DNA of 43,410 nt from Asterionella formosa (Eukaryota): assembly GCA_002256025.1 (NCBI GenBank), contig NKIB01014439.1, positions 1 through 43,410 on the forward strand, given 5' to 3'. Positions 21,461 through 33,566 of this stretch are shown in pieces. The position numbers and the translations under genes are program-made. Position 1 is the first letter of the stretch; every line of letters starts with the position of its first letter. Under the pieces are notes generated by a model that saw only the letters and a program-made list of their open reading frames with translations, was not told the origin of the DNA and ran no database searches.

Positions 21461-24148
21461 TGGAAAATTTTGCAAAGCTCACTGTGATCACTTGATTTTT
21501 TGTCAAGGATCCCTATTAGTCCAGCATGTCAAGGGAAAGTCAGAAATGGCAAATAACCAGGAAAAAAATTCATGATATAATGGAACCACCATTGTTGCCA
21601 ATGCGGCGGTGTTGCTGTCACAGTTGCGGTTGATGCAAAATTCCATTTCATAATTCCCAAGACCTATCATCCCTGTAGTTGCAAATGAAAAAGTGCTCAA
21701 GACATAGCTGAATTCCATTAACTTCTCCATTTTCAATCTTGTTTCCAAGTTGCAAGGTGTTGTATCATTGTGTTGTATCGACACTTCAGTGTTCCTTGTT
21801 GTCATGCCATGTGGCTGATTTGATCTCTCATTTCAGGATGTTTGCCTTTTCAATTTCAGGAAATTGCCCGCGATTTTTGCGAGTACAATGTTTAATTTTC
21901 TGTATATCTATTACTACCGGTACATTATATATAGTATGAGAAGCAACAGCAGACCTGATCATTGGTGAGGACATGACAATCAAAAAACCTGACCAATGAC
22001 GAACTTCTTTCACATGGTGCATACTAACGATGATGTATGAGATATAATATGCCAATCAAGAAATACACCAATTATGTGATCAAATGGTCATTGAAGTTAG
22101 GGTAACAACAGGAATTGCATGTGTCACTATGGCTAAAAATGCTGAAATCAGTCATGTTGATTGCGACAGTACCAGCAATGTGATTGTAGTGTCAGTCTTT
22201 CAGGTATCTGGGAAATATGATGCTGGCTGAGCAAGTACCAAATTTTCTTGCTTTTTTTCGTTAAGAAATTAAAAAGGTAATGCTAATTGAAGTTGCATTC
22301 TTTGTTTTGTAAAGAATAACTTTGTTTATTTAACGCCTTAAACCTACACAACTATGAACAGTGCAGCATGTGTAGCTACTAGCGCTTTCTTGCCTCTCCA
22401 GCCTAGGTTCCAAAGTGAGAACTAACCCCAAACCCATGATCAACCCAACAGACATGGTCACGAGAAGCTCTGGAACGCGGGGAAAAGGTAGATGCACTCC
22501 TTTGAATGGGAGTCAAATATAAAAGGTGCTTGTTGATGCTGTGAGGTGTCTAAATATATGTATTAATCCCTCTCTTGTTGTCTATCGACCGAAAAAGAAA
22601 GTGGATAACTTGGTTTAAGTTGTCAGAGTCCGAGATAGTCCTGATTCTCTTAAGAAATACCCTTTGGTGCTGCAGGGATGTGTGAAAATTTTCTGAATGT
22701 GTTGCTGGCCTGCTGTTTTTGCCAACTCTGAGGATTATTTAAACAGAATCTCTGACTTTTCAAGAAACCTACGTTTTGTGCCAAGGCGTGATTTGAGTAT
22801 AATTGTAAGTAGTTTGCCAGACTCACTGCCTTGAGCAGAGAATCTAATGCTTTGTCATTCTGACAGGCGGGTGCCAATAAAGAACCGGACAAAGATTGGC
22901 GAAAGATCTGTGAAAAGAACCTGAGTCCGCCGTCAATTGATTTGCCGCTAATTGTAGCAGTGATTGAGTGCTTGATTTTTCCATATTCCTTGCGTTGAGC
23001 AGGGAATGAAATGCTGGATCGGCTGTTGTTATTTCTGGTTGTGTGCTCGTGCTGTAGCTTTCGATTGTGACAGTTTGGTTGCAAATATCTCCTGTTTTGG
23101 GCCGAATACAGAGCCATCTCAAAGCTGTCATGATCATAGTTGCATTCATTGATTTGCGGAATTTTCCTTGTCTTGCCAGTGGTTGCTCTGCTTCCTTTGA
23201 GTGCCATAGCGCTGGTATGGCATGTTGTTAACATCATGGCAGGCTTGTTGCTTCCGTCATGGTTGTCCGCTTTAGTGCTGCATGTTGCCATTGTAGTTGT
23301 TGCATTCATAATTGAAAATTCCATTCTATTGTCACTTTTGTAGTCTTTTTTGTTAAATTTGATCCAAATTCAGATTCTTTCGTTGATGTCTGTTGTTACT
23401 CCTTAAGCTTCTTATAGCCGATTGCCATTTCCTTGGTTCTTTCAAGTTTTGCATCAAGCAACACCATTCCTTTCACTAGTATAATGTTCGCTTTATTTTG
23501 CTTGTTGGTGTTTGCATTAATTGCACCTTGTATCTTTCTTGATTTTGCTGTGAAAAGCAACTTCTCTTCCTTTCCCCAACTAAACGTTGGTGTGTCACTT
23601 CACAGGTGATGTTGGTTGCTTTGTCATATTGTCACAACCCGATATGAGAGTTTGCTCTTTCGCCATGGTGATGAGGGGATTCCTTGCTGCCTTGATTTAG
23701 TACTTGTGTAGTCTTTTTATTCTCGCCTTTATACTGAGCAAAAAAGTGTTTTTTCTTTGTTTTGTAGATAGAGCTCTCTTATCAACACAAATTGCTTCTT
23801 CTTTGTTCTTCTTTTTGCTTGCACCGGCAACTTTGCTTTCCTCTATAATGTTGCCCTTTTTGATATCTGTGCTTTTTACCATAGTTGCATCTAGTTTGAA
23901 GCAAAACATGTTGTTGCATGTGGTACTAAAGTACATATGATTTGTGATTACAGCCATCATATACAAAAAATTGCTACTCATAGTAGACTACCGGGACTTT
24001 TCCCAAAACGGGATGAAACTGGAAAAACTATTCGTAAATTCAACTGCCCATTGGCATTTGCACCACAATTGCACCACCGATTGATACAGGTGCGCAAATG
24101 GCGGAGAATATTCTTGGTAGTAATTAGTTTACCGGTACATCAAAGGAA

Positions 24149-25258
24149 ATGCTATTTCGTTCGGCTCGTCAATGGTGGACAAACTCGAATCGTCAGCTCT
24201 TACTCGAGGCCCAGAGGAATCTAATCCAAAGCGTCGTATCGGCATCCCCCGTAGGATTGGTCAACACGAATACCGGTTCGCAAACCACCAGTTCTAGCAC
24301 GTTGCCTTCCTCGCCACTCAACAGCCTCGAATTTGGTGACTCCAAGAACCATGAGCTGCCAACTGTTGTACTGTGTCATGGATTTGGAAGTGGTCTTGGA
24401 TTCTTTTACAACAACATTGATCGATTGTTAAGCACCAATCAAGTGGGTCGTCTGTTGCTGGTTGATTGGTTGGGAATGGGAGGATCAGAACGACCTCCAT
24501 GTCGACGTCCTGTTCGAGGCTATTGGGGATCAACGTCGTCGTCATGGTGCGATTCGAGATTTTCGCCCACACAAGCCGTTGACTTCTTTATCGACCCATT
24601 GGAAGAATGGATGGAATCAAAAAGCATTGCAAAAAATGCCATCTTGGTGGGACATTCCTTGGGAGGGTATCTGGCAGCACGCTATGCCTTGAAGTATCCA
24701 CGACGACTTGAGAAACTTGTGTTGGCGTCTCCTGTCGGTATTCCTGGAAAACCAAGGAACGCATTTTCATCTCCACAAATGCCAACATCTCTACGAATAC
24801 TAGATGCCTTATGGTGGGCCAACGTCACTCCCCAACAATTGGTTCGCACAATGGGGTCTACAAGAGGACATGCCAATGTACGACGAGCCTTGGCAGGACG
24901 GATTCCTAACTTGTCACCCAATCACGTCAATGTATTGGCAAACTATCTCTACCACATTACTGTGGCTCATCCGTCGGGAGAGTATGCAATGAATTCATTG
25001 TTGGAACCTGCCGTGTCACCGGACTTGGTGGGAGTCTTTGCGAGAGAACCATTGGAAGAAAGGCTGCTACAATTAGATCCCGCCATTCAACTAAACATTA
25101 TGTATGGAGATCATGATTGGATGCGTCCCAATGAACCAAGTGCGAGACGGTTGGTCCATAATTTGGGCTCGAGGGCGTCGTTGGCGATTATTGAACAAGC
25201 TGGGCATCATTTGTATCTCGAGAATCCTACTGCGTTCCATAGAGAAATTCTTAGGTAA
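24149..25258 (+). CDS. Alpha/beta hydrolase, ABHD4/ABHD5 (CGI-58)/Cld1-like lipase
   Basis: Motifs LCHGFGSGLGFF, VDWLGMGGSERP, LVGHSLGGYL (GxSxG), LVLASPVG, YGDHDWM, AGHHLYLENP. The Arg-rich, acid-poor N-terminus suggests a mitochondrial presequence. Confidence 0.9.
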   Translation: MLFRSARQWWTNSNRQLLLEAQRNLIQSVVSASPVGLVNTNTGSQTTSSSTLPSSPLNSLEFGDSKNHELPTVVLCHGFGSGLGFFYNNIDRLLSTNQVGRLLLVDWLGMGGSERPPCRRPVRGYWGSTSSSWCDSRFSPTQAVDFFIDPLEEWMESKSIAKNAILVGHSLGGYLAARYALKYPRRLEKLVLASPVGIPGKPRNAFSSPQMPTSLRILDALWWANVTPQQLVRTMGSTRGHANVRRALAGRIPNLSPNHVNVLANYLYHITVAHPSGEYAMNSLLEPAVSPDLVGVFAREPLEERLLQLDPAIQLNIMYGDHDWMRPNEPSARRLVHNLGSRASLAIIEQAGHHLYLENPTAFHREILR

Positions 25259-25610
25259 TATTGCCTAACTTTGCACATGTCCAATTTGATCCAAACCTAC
25301 TCGAGACAAAGGTGGGTGTGGTGACGAACAAATTGTAGATAATCATCAAGAAGGGTTTCACTGAGCCATAAATGCAAATCGTTGTATTTGGCATGATAGG
25401 GATGCAACCAGTATAGAGCGATTCAAAAATTGCAAAATGAGGTTCTGATCCGGACTTAGATTTTAGTTGCGAGTCAACGACCCTTGGTATATCGCTTCAA
25501 CAAACGCTTGCAAAAACATGTTCATGTATTGTACTTACATACAACTGAAAACAACTCTGCTCCTATTTTCAAGGACAGATTCCAAAAATTAGCAAAACCT
25601 ATGTTAGTAG

Positions 25611-27215
25611 TTACAGGTTGGTTATTGTTGTTGGATGTCTCTTTTCCTTTCGTCTCAAATCTCGAAGTGCATTCTTACTTCTGGCCACGTCACAAGGACC
25701 ATGGGTGCCATAAGTAGCACGATACCCTTCCATAAGTTCATAGGTCATGTCCGTCGATCCACCCCAAATGTACCACATACTTATAAAAGGAGATGATTTC
25801 TTGTGGACATCACTTTTTCTCTTGTCCCGAAATTTCGGTGGTGGTACGTAGACGTACCGTTTCTTCGGAATCATATAAAACGGTTGTACTTTGGAGTGCT
25901 TCAAGGCAGCCATATAATAATCCTTCTTGTGCACCCATTCTGGTAACAGTAACAAGAATGGTTTCAAACTGTTTTTTTTTGATGTTACGTGAGCCAAAAG
26001 TTTGGGAATGTGATCTTCGCTGTAGGGTGGATTCGTTACGAGGACATTGTAGTTGGGATAACCAACACCTGACTTCCAGCACAAGTAGCAATCTTCTTTT
26101 TCATTGCACACATTGGGAAATCCCAGTTCACGCAGATGATCCTTCACAGCTCCATTGCAATAATAGGGATCATATATGACTAGACTCTTGCCGTATCCTT
26201 GCAGTTGTTCAAGTATTGGCACTATATCTTTGTAGGCTTCAATGGGAGTTTCGCAGTGATCGTCGGGATCAGTTGAAAATGGAAAGTCATGCAAAGTTGC
26301 ATCGTCAGTTTCCATGTCTGCAAGAAACACGGATAAAAGTGTTAGTTGAGAGGGGAAGGGTTGTTATATCAGAGCAGCTATTGAGAATGTCTCAGTTGGA
26401 ATAATTAGAATAAGGACATCACACCCGCCGCTATGTTTAAAGTAAAACTATTCTAGCACGATATTTGACCGGAAATGTCCCTGGGAATGGGGTATTCATG
26501 CCGGCTTCGATACATGCAGAGGACAAGATGAAGCACAAACAAAAGAAACGTACCTAAAGCATCCAATTTCCACGAAATTGACTTGTCAGGATTCACTGTA
26601 CCCAATTCAATTTTATCTCCATCGTCCGTTCTTGAGAAAGCAGAATAGACAATGTTTGTCTTTGTATCTACGAGGATCATGATATCTGTGCGACCTGCAT
26701 GAGGATGGGCGACAATTCGACCTTCCAAAGGTAAAAGTTCGTCATCCTCTGCCTCGGCTACTTTGGCCTTTTTACATTTGATGTTTTGTGGGGGCAGCAA
26801 GGTGCGAATCTTGGACAGACCCTCGTCTACTGGTATGGTATGTTGTTGAAGAAATGTTTCATCGATCTCTTCTGGTTGAACTTGAGCTGCCGTCGCAAAT
26901 GCAGCTGCCCATCCAGACGACAGCGAAGACGACTTCACCGGAAGTGACGCAACAGCCTCCTCCAAGTCAGAGTCACGCTTGCGCTTCTTTTCTTTCTTCT
27001 TCTCCTTTTTGTCTTTCTTTTCCTTCTTCTCTTTCTTTTCCTGCTTCTCTTTCTTTTCCTGCTTNNNNNNNNNNNNNNNNNNNNNNNNNNNNNNNNNNNN
27101 NNNNNNNNNNNNNNNNNNNNNNNNNNNNNNNNNNNNNNNNNNNNNNNNNNNNNNNNNNNNNNNNNNNNTGCTTCTCTTTCTTTTCCTGCTTCTCTTTCTT
27201 TTCCTTCTTAGTCAT
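25611..27215 (-). CDS. K/E-rich N-terminus plus putative amino-(N6-adenine-type) methyltransferase domain, 2 exons
   Basis: ATG 27215 (MTKKEKKEKQEK...). Exon 1 crosses the N-gap and ends at 26554. Intron 26553-26318 (GTACGT...CTAAC...TTGCAG, phase 1) joins in frame to exon 2, 26317-25611. Exon 2 has IYDPYYCNG (motif I-like) and VLVTNPPYS (motif IV). Confidence 0.75.
26985..27210. repeat. Coding purine-rich tandem repeat (about 18 bp, AAGCAGGAAAAGAAAGAG on minus; KQEKKE), interrupted by an assembly gap
   Basis: The same unit is visible on both sides of gap 27065-27168. Confidence 0.85.
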
Positions 27216-27467
27216 GGTGTCGTCAAGGTACACAACAACTCATAGTCAACATCACTACACAAATATATGTGTCCTGTATTTCTTTAAGATTATGGAATTA
27301 TTTTTTAGTGAAAAAGCTGCCGGTACGTATCATAAGCACAAAAATGGAGGATGCAATAAAAGACAAAAGGTTGTTTTATGTACTGTATGGCAATAAATTG
27401 GTTGGATGTATGGATGAATAAATGAATGGCTCTCCGCTCTCTTCTGATGCTCGTCGTACGCTATTTC

Positions 27468-27666
27468 CTGGTACTCGAGTACCTGGTACCTGGTAGTTCC
27501 TTTGCGGTTAACCAGGCCGTTGTACCTGGTACCTGGTACCTGGTACCTCTGGTCCCTGATACAAGTACAAACTGTTTACTGGAAACTACCATGTCCGTTA
27601 CTTGGTACCAGGTACTGAGTACTTGGTACCTGGTAACTGGCACTTCGTTGAATACCTGTCCCGGTA
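27468..27666. promoter_or_regulatory. Densest cluster of the recurrent GGTACC/CCWGG palindromic mosaic, in a divergent intergenic region
   Basis: Many overlapping tacctggtac, ggtaccagg and gtact units. Similar clusters occur at about 5050-5100, 12811-13140, 31037-31565 and 35148-35605. The regulatory role is inferred only from position. Confidence 0.45.
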
Positions 27667-27913
27667 TGTACATTAGGCAGCTACGACGAATATGTACTCG
27701 TAGGTAGGAAGGACCGGCATCAGTCGCGAGGTCCCACTATTATTTATCCGGTATATCATAAACTTATTACTACATAGTACACAAAAATAAAATGAGCGAA
27801 CGTTAGACAAAACAAGACGATACATTTACATCTACATGTTTACACCCACAAAATCTATCACTTGCTCATCATTGATCAATATCATTATTTGAATCCAACA
27901 TTATTTTGGTTGA

Positions 27914-29053
27914 ATGGATAATCCTAACTTGGGCACTTTATATTCAAAAAACGAAATGGACCACGCCAAAAAGGCAAACAAAGATTTAACACCGGAAGAA
28001 CGCAAAGCAAAGCGAGAGTTGAAAGACGCACTTCGTTTTGAACAAAAGCGTCAAAAACTAGAAACTCGTCTTCGTCATGCTCGAGTCCGACAGGATACTG
28101 TTGTTGAACAACAAACGCAAGAAGCGTTACATCAAATAGCAGTCAGTATGGACGGTAGCAAAGTCGATGTATCAGGCATTCCAACAGCCCTCTACGACAA
28201 TTCAGTTGCACGGACCTTTGTTATGAAATTAGCACAAGAACTGCAACGAAAACAAAAACCATCGAAACATCATTCGCACGACAGAAACAACAAACAAATG
28301 CAAATTGAAGAAGCACGAACGCTTTTGAAACACATGACGAAAGGAACACAAAAGAAAGCAATGTTTGATAATGAAGATGCCTTATGGGGATATACTCGTC
28401 ATAAGTTTATTGAACGGGCCATGTTAGTATGTGATTCCTTGTCCAAGATACAACAGTTGGATGATCCATCAATAAAAGAGTGCCTTTGGAAAACGTTACT
28501 CAATGTCACGAATGTTTGTAGTATTGGGTGTGGACCTGGAAATGATGCTCTTGGTGTTCTGGCATTTCTACAAACTCACCGAAACGAGGAAGCTGAGGCA
28601 GATAATACATGTCACCTCCATTGTTTGGATTATGTCATTCGTGAATGGCAAGCAATTTTGAACCCCCTTCAGGAGATACTTTTGGAAAATAAGTATGTTA
28701 ACACCATGCAGTTCGAGTTTTGTGATGTTACAGAGTCATTGTTGGTAGAAACAAATGACCGAGCCAAACAACTCCTAGTGAGTCATAGAGCCGGTGCAAT
28801 GTTGTTCTTGATTTCCTATCTACTCACTGAAACAAGAGGGAAATGGGAACCCTTTCTACGTGAGTTGATACGACTCGCTCAACCGGGGGCGCTATTTTAT
28901 TTTGCGGAACCTACGCCCTGGCAATTGCATGCCGTTACAAAAATAGAGGACCTTCAAGTCGTTTGGTTGGACTCATCCATGAATCAACCCAAGGTACAAG
29001 TGATGGATAGAAGATTTGGTCCAGCGGTCTTGATGGGTCAAAAGAAGGCCTAG
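27914..29053 (+). CDS. Uncharacterised class I SAM-dependent methyltransferase with basic, coiled-coil N-terminus
   Basis: Motif I-like VCSIGCGPGND, acidic motif II LHCLDY, FCDVT, LFLISYLLTE, and QPGALFYFAEP (a PGG-type motif). Confidence 0.7.
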   Translation: MDNPNLGTLYSKNEMDHAKKANKDLTPEERKAKRELKDALRFEQKRQKLETRLRHARVRQDTVVEQQTQEALHQIAVSMDGSKVDVSGIPTALYDNSVARTFVMKLAQELQRKQKPSKHHSHDRNNKQMQIEEARTLLKHMTKGTQKKAMFDNEDALWGYTRHKFIERAMLVCDSLSKIQQLDDPSIKECLWKTLLNVTNVCSIGCGPGNDALGVLAFLQTHRNEEAEADNTCHLHCLDYVIREWQAILNPLQEILLENKYVNTMQFEFCDVTESLLVETNDRAKQLLVSHRAGAMLFLISYLLTETRGKWEPFLRELIRLAQPGALFYFAEPTPWQLHAVTKIEDLQVVWLDSSMNQPKVQVMDRRFGPAVLMGQKKA

Positions 29054-29075
29054 TAGGTGGTAATCAATGAATTTT

Positions 29076-30893
29076 TTATTTTCTTATCACTTTGATTTGT
29101 AAATCCTTTTTGACACATACAGGAACAATGAAGCGATGTCGAGGATCTCGATCCAATCCACCGTGAATCTCAGTCTGGACTGCATCATTGTCAGCTACTT
29201 CAAAGCGATACCTTTGCATCAACAATCCCAACACAATCTTGCTCTCCAATAGTGCCAAATGTTGGCCCAAGCAATTGCGAGGCCCATCAATAAAGGGCAA
29301 AAAGGTATAAGCTTCTGGTCTGTTGTCTATGAATCGATGTGGATCAAATGTCATGGGATTAGGCCAAAGCTCTGGATCATGATGGACTGCTTGGATATTA
29401 ATAAGGAGAGTCGTTCCTTTTGTGAGAGTATAAGGACCCATCTCAATTGGATTGATGCAATGCCGAACCACCAAAGGAACGACCGAATACTTTCGAAGAG
29501 ATTCCTTCAAGGCGCCTTCGGCGACAACAAGATTCGCCAATTCGTTTCGTGGTGGCAAATCCGATGCATGTTGGGTCCGCCAATCTACATCCTTTCCAAA
29601 GACTTTCTCCCCTTCGGTGGCAACCTTTCATTGATAGAGAGTTGTGCCGCTGGTTAGCTTCATGAAAGTAAAAAATAAATAAATAACCCTGACCCTTTGC
29701 AAAAATACCTAACAACATACCTCATTCATCATGTCCTTATTTCCCATGAGTTCATATAGAGCCCACGTCATCATGGCAGCACTAGTTTCATGTCCTGCCA
29801 ACATGAATGTTTTCATTTCATCTCTCATTTGCTGAATGGCAGTCCATGTGAGCGTCGAATGTTCCTTCTCGTATGCATCCAATACAATGTCCATAATGTC
29901 ATTCTTTCGAATGCCGCCATGGTGACGTTCTTCCCAGCGTGTTTGGATCAATTTCGACACGTATTTATTAAGTCGGTAGATATGGAACTGATGTTTCCAC
30001 CAAAAGGGCATAAATATACATGCAGACCTCCATGGTTGCCAAACTCGCATGTTGCATTCATCGACAATGGGCAAATACATGGTTGCGAAATTTGAATCCG
30101 ATTCTTGTGCACTCAAACTCAAAAAGGTGTTGGATATAACCTGCAAGGTTAAATGTCGCAATGCTTCTGACAGTTCAAAGAGCGTATTGTTTTCCGCTGC
30201 ATCATCTAACCTGATCATTAACCGTTGTACAGCATCAAGAGTAACTTGTGGAATACAGTCCAAAACGTCATGTCTCAAGGTGGTGCTCATTTTTAAGCGT
30301 TGCTTCATCCACGAATCTCCTTCGGACGTGACAATGCCCTTTCCAAGAATAACCAGAAAAGGCTGATACGAAAATCCTACATCCTTCTTGACGTTCCTAA
30401 TTTTTGACTGTAACAATAGTCTGAGATAATCGGGATCAGCAATGCTGACGACAGTTCTTCCCATTAATGGGAAACAAAAGACTCGTCCACATTGCTTGTG
30501 CCAGGCCAAGAGCAAGTCCCAAGGACTGCTCTGCATAAATCGTATTCCGTGTCCCAGGTAGGGTATTGACGATGTTTTGATGGGCATTTGTAGGGCCAGT
30601 AGCTGGAGTAGTGAGAGTGAGTGATAAATCTGTATCATCATCAAGGCGATGGCGGTCCCAGAGAGAGCCACAGCGTGCACAAAGGTGACTTGTGGAAGGC
30701 TAGGTAAGGCATGAGGATGTTCCAATCGGTACAGACAAAGTACTGTGGATGTCACCGAAGCCGCGAGGAAGCCAACGAGTCCAAGTAACAGTATTGGTGA
30801 CTGCGATGTGGGAGGGAGTTCGCATTCCACAGAGGGCGGGGCTCGTTTGAGTCCGTCGTCCTCAGTACTCGCTGCTACTGTCTCGGCAATCAT
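29076..30893 (-). CDS. Cytochrome P450, 2 exons
   Basis: Exon 1 is 30893-29721. Intron 29720-29625 (GTATGT..CTAAC..AAG, phase 0) leads to exon 2, 29624-29076. Motifs: WxxxR (WMKQR), AGHETS, ExxR (ESLR), FDPHRF, and the heme loop FIDGPRNCLG. Confidence 0.95.
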
Positions 30894-31692
30894 ATCTGCA
30901 GTCAGCCTGTTTTAGTTTCTTTCTACAACGTGGGCACAATATCGATGCTGATCAGATTAAGTTCAGTCGATGTCATTGGATTCTTGGCTGAGACGAAGAA
31001 TGTGAACCAATATTTTATTTTATGCTGAGTGTAAATACCTAGTACCTGGTACCCTGGTACTCCGAATACCTGGCACCAGGGTACCGGTACCAGGTAACAC
31101 ATATTTTACAGCGGAAAAGCAAAGTGTAAGTTACCATTGCAAAGAAAATACGTTGATTTTCATTGCAATATTAAATAATAGCTAAGAATTGCTACATTAC
31201 TACATGTATTTACCGGTATTTTCTTGCATTTTCTGTACGGCCTGTGGGGGCGGCGTTAGTACATGTGTTGGATGCGGCTATTTTTTATATTTTTTAATTA
31301 TTTGGTGTGCGTGCTTCGCATTCCTCTCCCTTGCTGGTACCCCTCGTACCTACCGGTACACCTACTAATGCTCTAGTACCAGGTACGACCTGGTATGTGT
31401 GGCATCTCTGTAAGTATCTGTGCAAAACCTACGTACCGTACGACATGATTTTCCTTGTATTCATAGGAGTCGTTGCTTCGAGTCTTGGAGAGCTGGGACT
31501 GGTACCAGGGTACCAGGTACCAGGTTGCACATGACGAAGAAAGCAAGCTGGTACAAGTACCGGTATGCTGCTTGTTTGTTCACATCAAACGTTCAGTTTG
31601 TTATGGAATGCATTGTTGTTCATTTGATTCCATTGTTAGGCCTTTTTCGCTCCGCTTTGCGTTAGATTCCGTACAAAGTACACTCTTCTAAA

Positions 31693-31722
31693 CACTCGCA
31701 CTCGCACTCGCACTCGCACTCA
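31693..31722. repeat. Hexamer microsatellite (CACTCG) x about 5, just 5' of the Vps23 ATG
   Basis: cactcgcactcgcactcgcactcgcactca is directly visible. Confidence 0.9.
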
Positions 31723-31737
31723 CAGTCATATATAACC

Positions 31738-32931
31738 ATGGACCCCCGAGTCTCTCAACTCCTCACCCGCTTGGGTGGACTGTACCGAGATCCCACTCGT
31801 GTCGACCGCGATGCCTCGTCTCTGTTACGCTCGTCCGTCGGAAAGCATCTGAAGCCAGCCATTGACCATTTGTTTGAAAATGACGGCCAATCGCACCAGA
31901 CACTGTGTCTGAAGGGCACTATTGAGTTTCACTTTCGTGGCACTTCGTATCAGCAACTGGTGGACATTTACCTACCCTCCGGATATCCCACGACACCACC
32001 CACATGCTATGTTAGGCTCGCGCCCAACATGTACATCAAGGAAGCACATACACATGTAGGGAGTGATGGACAAGTGTACCTCCCGTATTTGCATGAGTGG
32101 AGGCCTCACACTCATAATTTGGTAGTAATGGTGGTGGCCATGAGCAGTACGTTTTCGGACGATCCTCCAGTCTTTTCCAGAACGGCACCACCACAACCTC
32201 AGCCTCCACCACCGGACTACAGAACTGCATTTAGCATTAACAATAACACTAACGAAGCAGCTACTGCAGCTGCTTTAGCGTTTGAGGAAGCAAAATTATT
32301 GAGAGACGCAGAAGAAGCAAGTCGATTGGAAGCGGAAGCATTGGCAGCTACCAAAAAAGAAGATGAAGAACGTCAACGGCAATTGGCCATTCAAGAAGAA
32401 TGGGATGCCAAGAATTTTGCATCGGTAAAGGAGCGGGTGCGACGCAAAATTGTGTTGCATTTGACGGACTTGACCAAGACGCAACGTTCTAGCCTTCAAA
32501 GTGATTGGCAAGATAAACAACGGTTGGAACAATCCAAGGGACGATTGGAACGCCAAATTAACGATTTGGCCAATTCGAAACGCAGTTTAGAAATGGCGGT
32601 GGAGCAAGTAGACCAAGCCACTGTGGAAGTGACAGCATGGCTCCAAGACATGGCCGATAACAACGATGACGAATCCACCAAGGAGCGATCCATCGACGAT
32701 TTGGTTGTACCCGAAACGACTTTGGACAAGCAATTGTTGGACCTGTCCGCTGAAAATCATTCATTGACAGATACCATGTACTTTTTAGACCAAGCCCTGC
32801 ATCGAACCACAATTGATTTACAGTCATACCTTAAAGAAATACGAGCCCTGGCCAAGAAGCAATTTTTGGTAAAGGCGCATTTTATCAAGATTACACAGAC
32901 AATGAGAATCAATCAAAATTCTGGTTATTAA
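31738..32931 (+). CDS. VPS23: ESCRT-I subunit Vps23/TSG101
   Basis: UEV domain (LKGTI...Y...IYLPSGYPTTPP.CYV...HVGSDGQVYLPYLHEW), Pro-rich linker, coiled coil, and steadiness box (DTMYFLDQAL...IDLQSYLKEIRALAKKQF). Confidence 0.93.
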   Translation: MDPRVSQLLTRLGGLYRDPTRVDRDASSLLRSSVGKHLKPAIDHLFENDGQSHQTLCLKGTIEFHFRGTSYQQLVDIYLPSGYPTTPPTCYVRLAPNMYIKEAHTHVGSDGQVYLPYLHEWRPHTHNLVVMVVAMSSTFSDDPPVFSRTAPPQPQPPPPDYRTAFSINNNTNEAATAAALAFEEAKLLRDAEEASRLEAEALAATKKEDEERQRQLAIQEEWDAKNFASVKERVRRKIVLHLTDLTKTQRSSLQSDWQDKQRLEQSKGRLERQINDLANSKRSLEMAVEQVDQATVEVTAWLQDMADNNDDESTKERSIDDLVVPETTLDKQLLDLSAENHSLTDTMYFLDQALHRTTIDLQSYLKEIRALAKKQFLVKAHFIKITQTMRINQNSGY

Positions 32932-33566
32932 ATGAGGCACCGATTCTCACTTTCNNNNNNNNNNNNNNNNNNNNNNNNNNNNNNNNNNNNNNNNNNNNNN
33001 NNNNNNNNNNNNNNNNNNNNNNNNNNNNNNNNNNNNNNNNNNNNNNNNNNNNNNNNNNNNNNNNNNNNNNNNNNNNNNNNNNNNNNNNNNNNNNNNNNNN
33101 NNNNNNNNNNNNNNNNNNNNNNNNNNNNNNNNNNNNNNNNNNNNNNNNNNNNNNNNNNNNNNNNNNNNNNNNNNNNNNNNNNNNNNNNNNNNNNNNNNNN
33201 NNNNNNNNNNNNNNNNNNNNNNNNNNNNNNNNNNNNNNNNNNNNNNNNNNNNNNNNNNNNNNNNNNNNNNNNNNNNNNNNNNNNNNNNNNNNNNNNNNNN
33301 NNNNNNNNNNNNNNNNNNNNNNNNNNNNNNNNNNNNNNNNNNNNNNNNNNNNNNNNNNNNNNNNNNNNNNNNNNNNNNNNNNNNNNNNNNNNNNNNNNNN
33401 NNNNNNNNNNNNNNNNNNNNNNNNNNNNNNNNNNNNNNNNNNNNNNNNNNNNNNNNNNNNNNNNNNNNNNNNNNNNNNNNNNNNNNNNNNNNNNNNNNNN
33501 NNNNNNNNNNNNNNNNNNNNNNNNNNNNNNNNNNNNNNNNNNNNNNNNNNNNNNNNNNNNNNNNNN

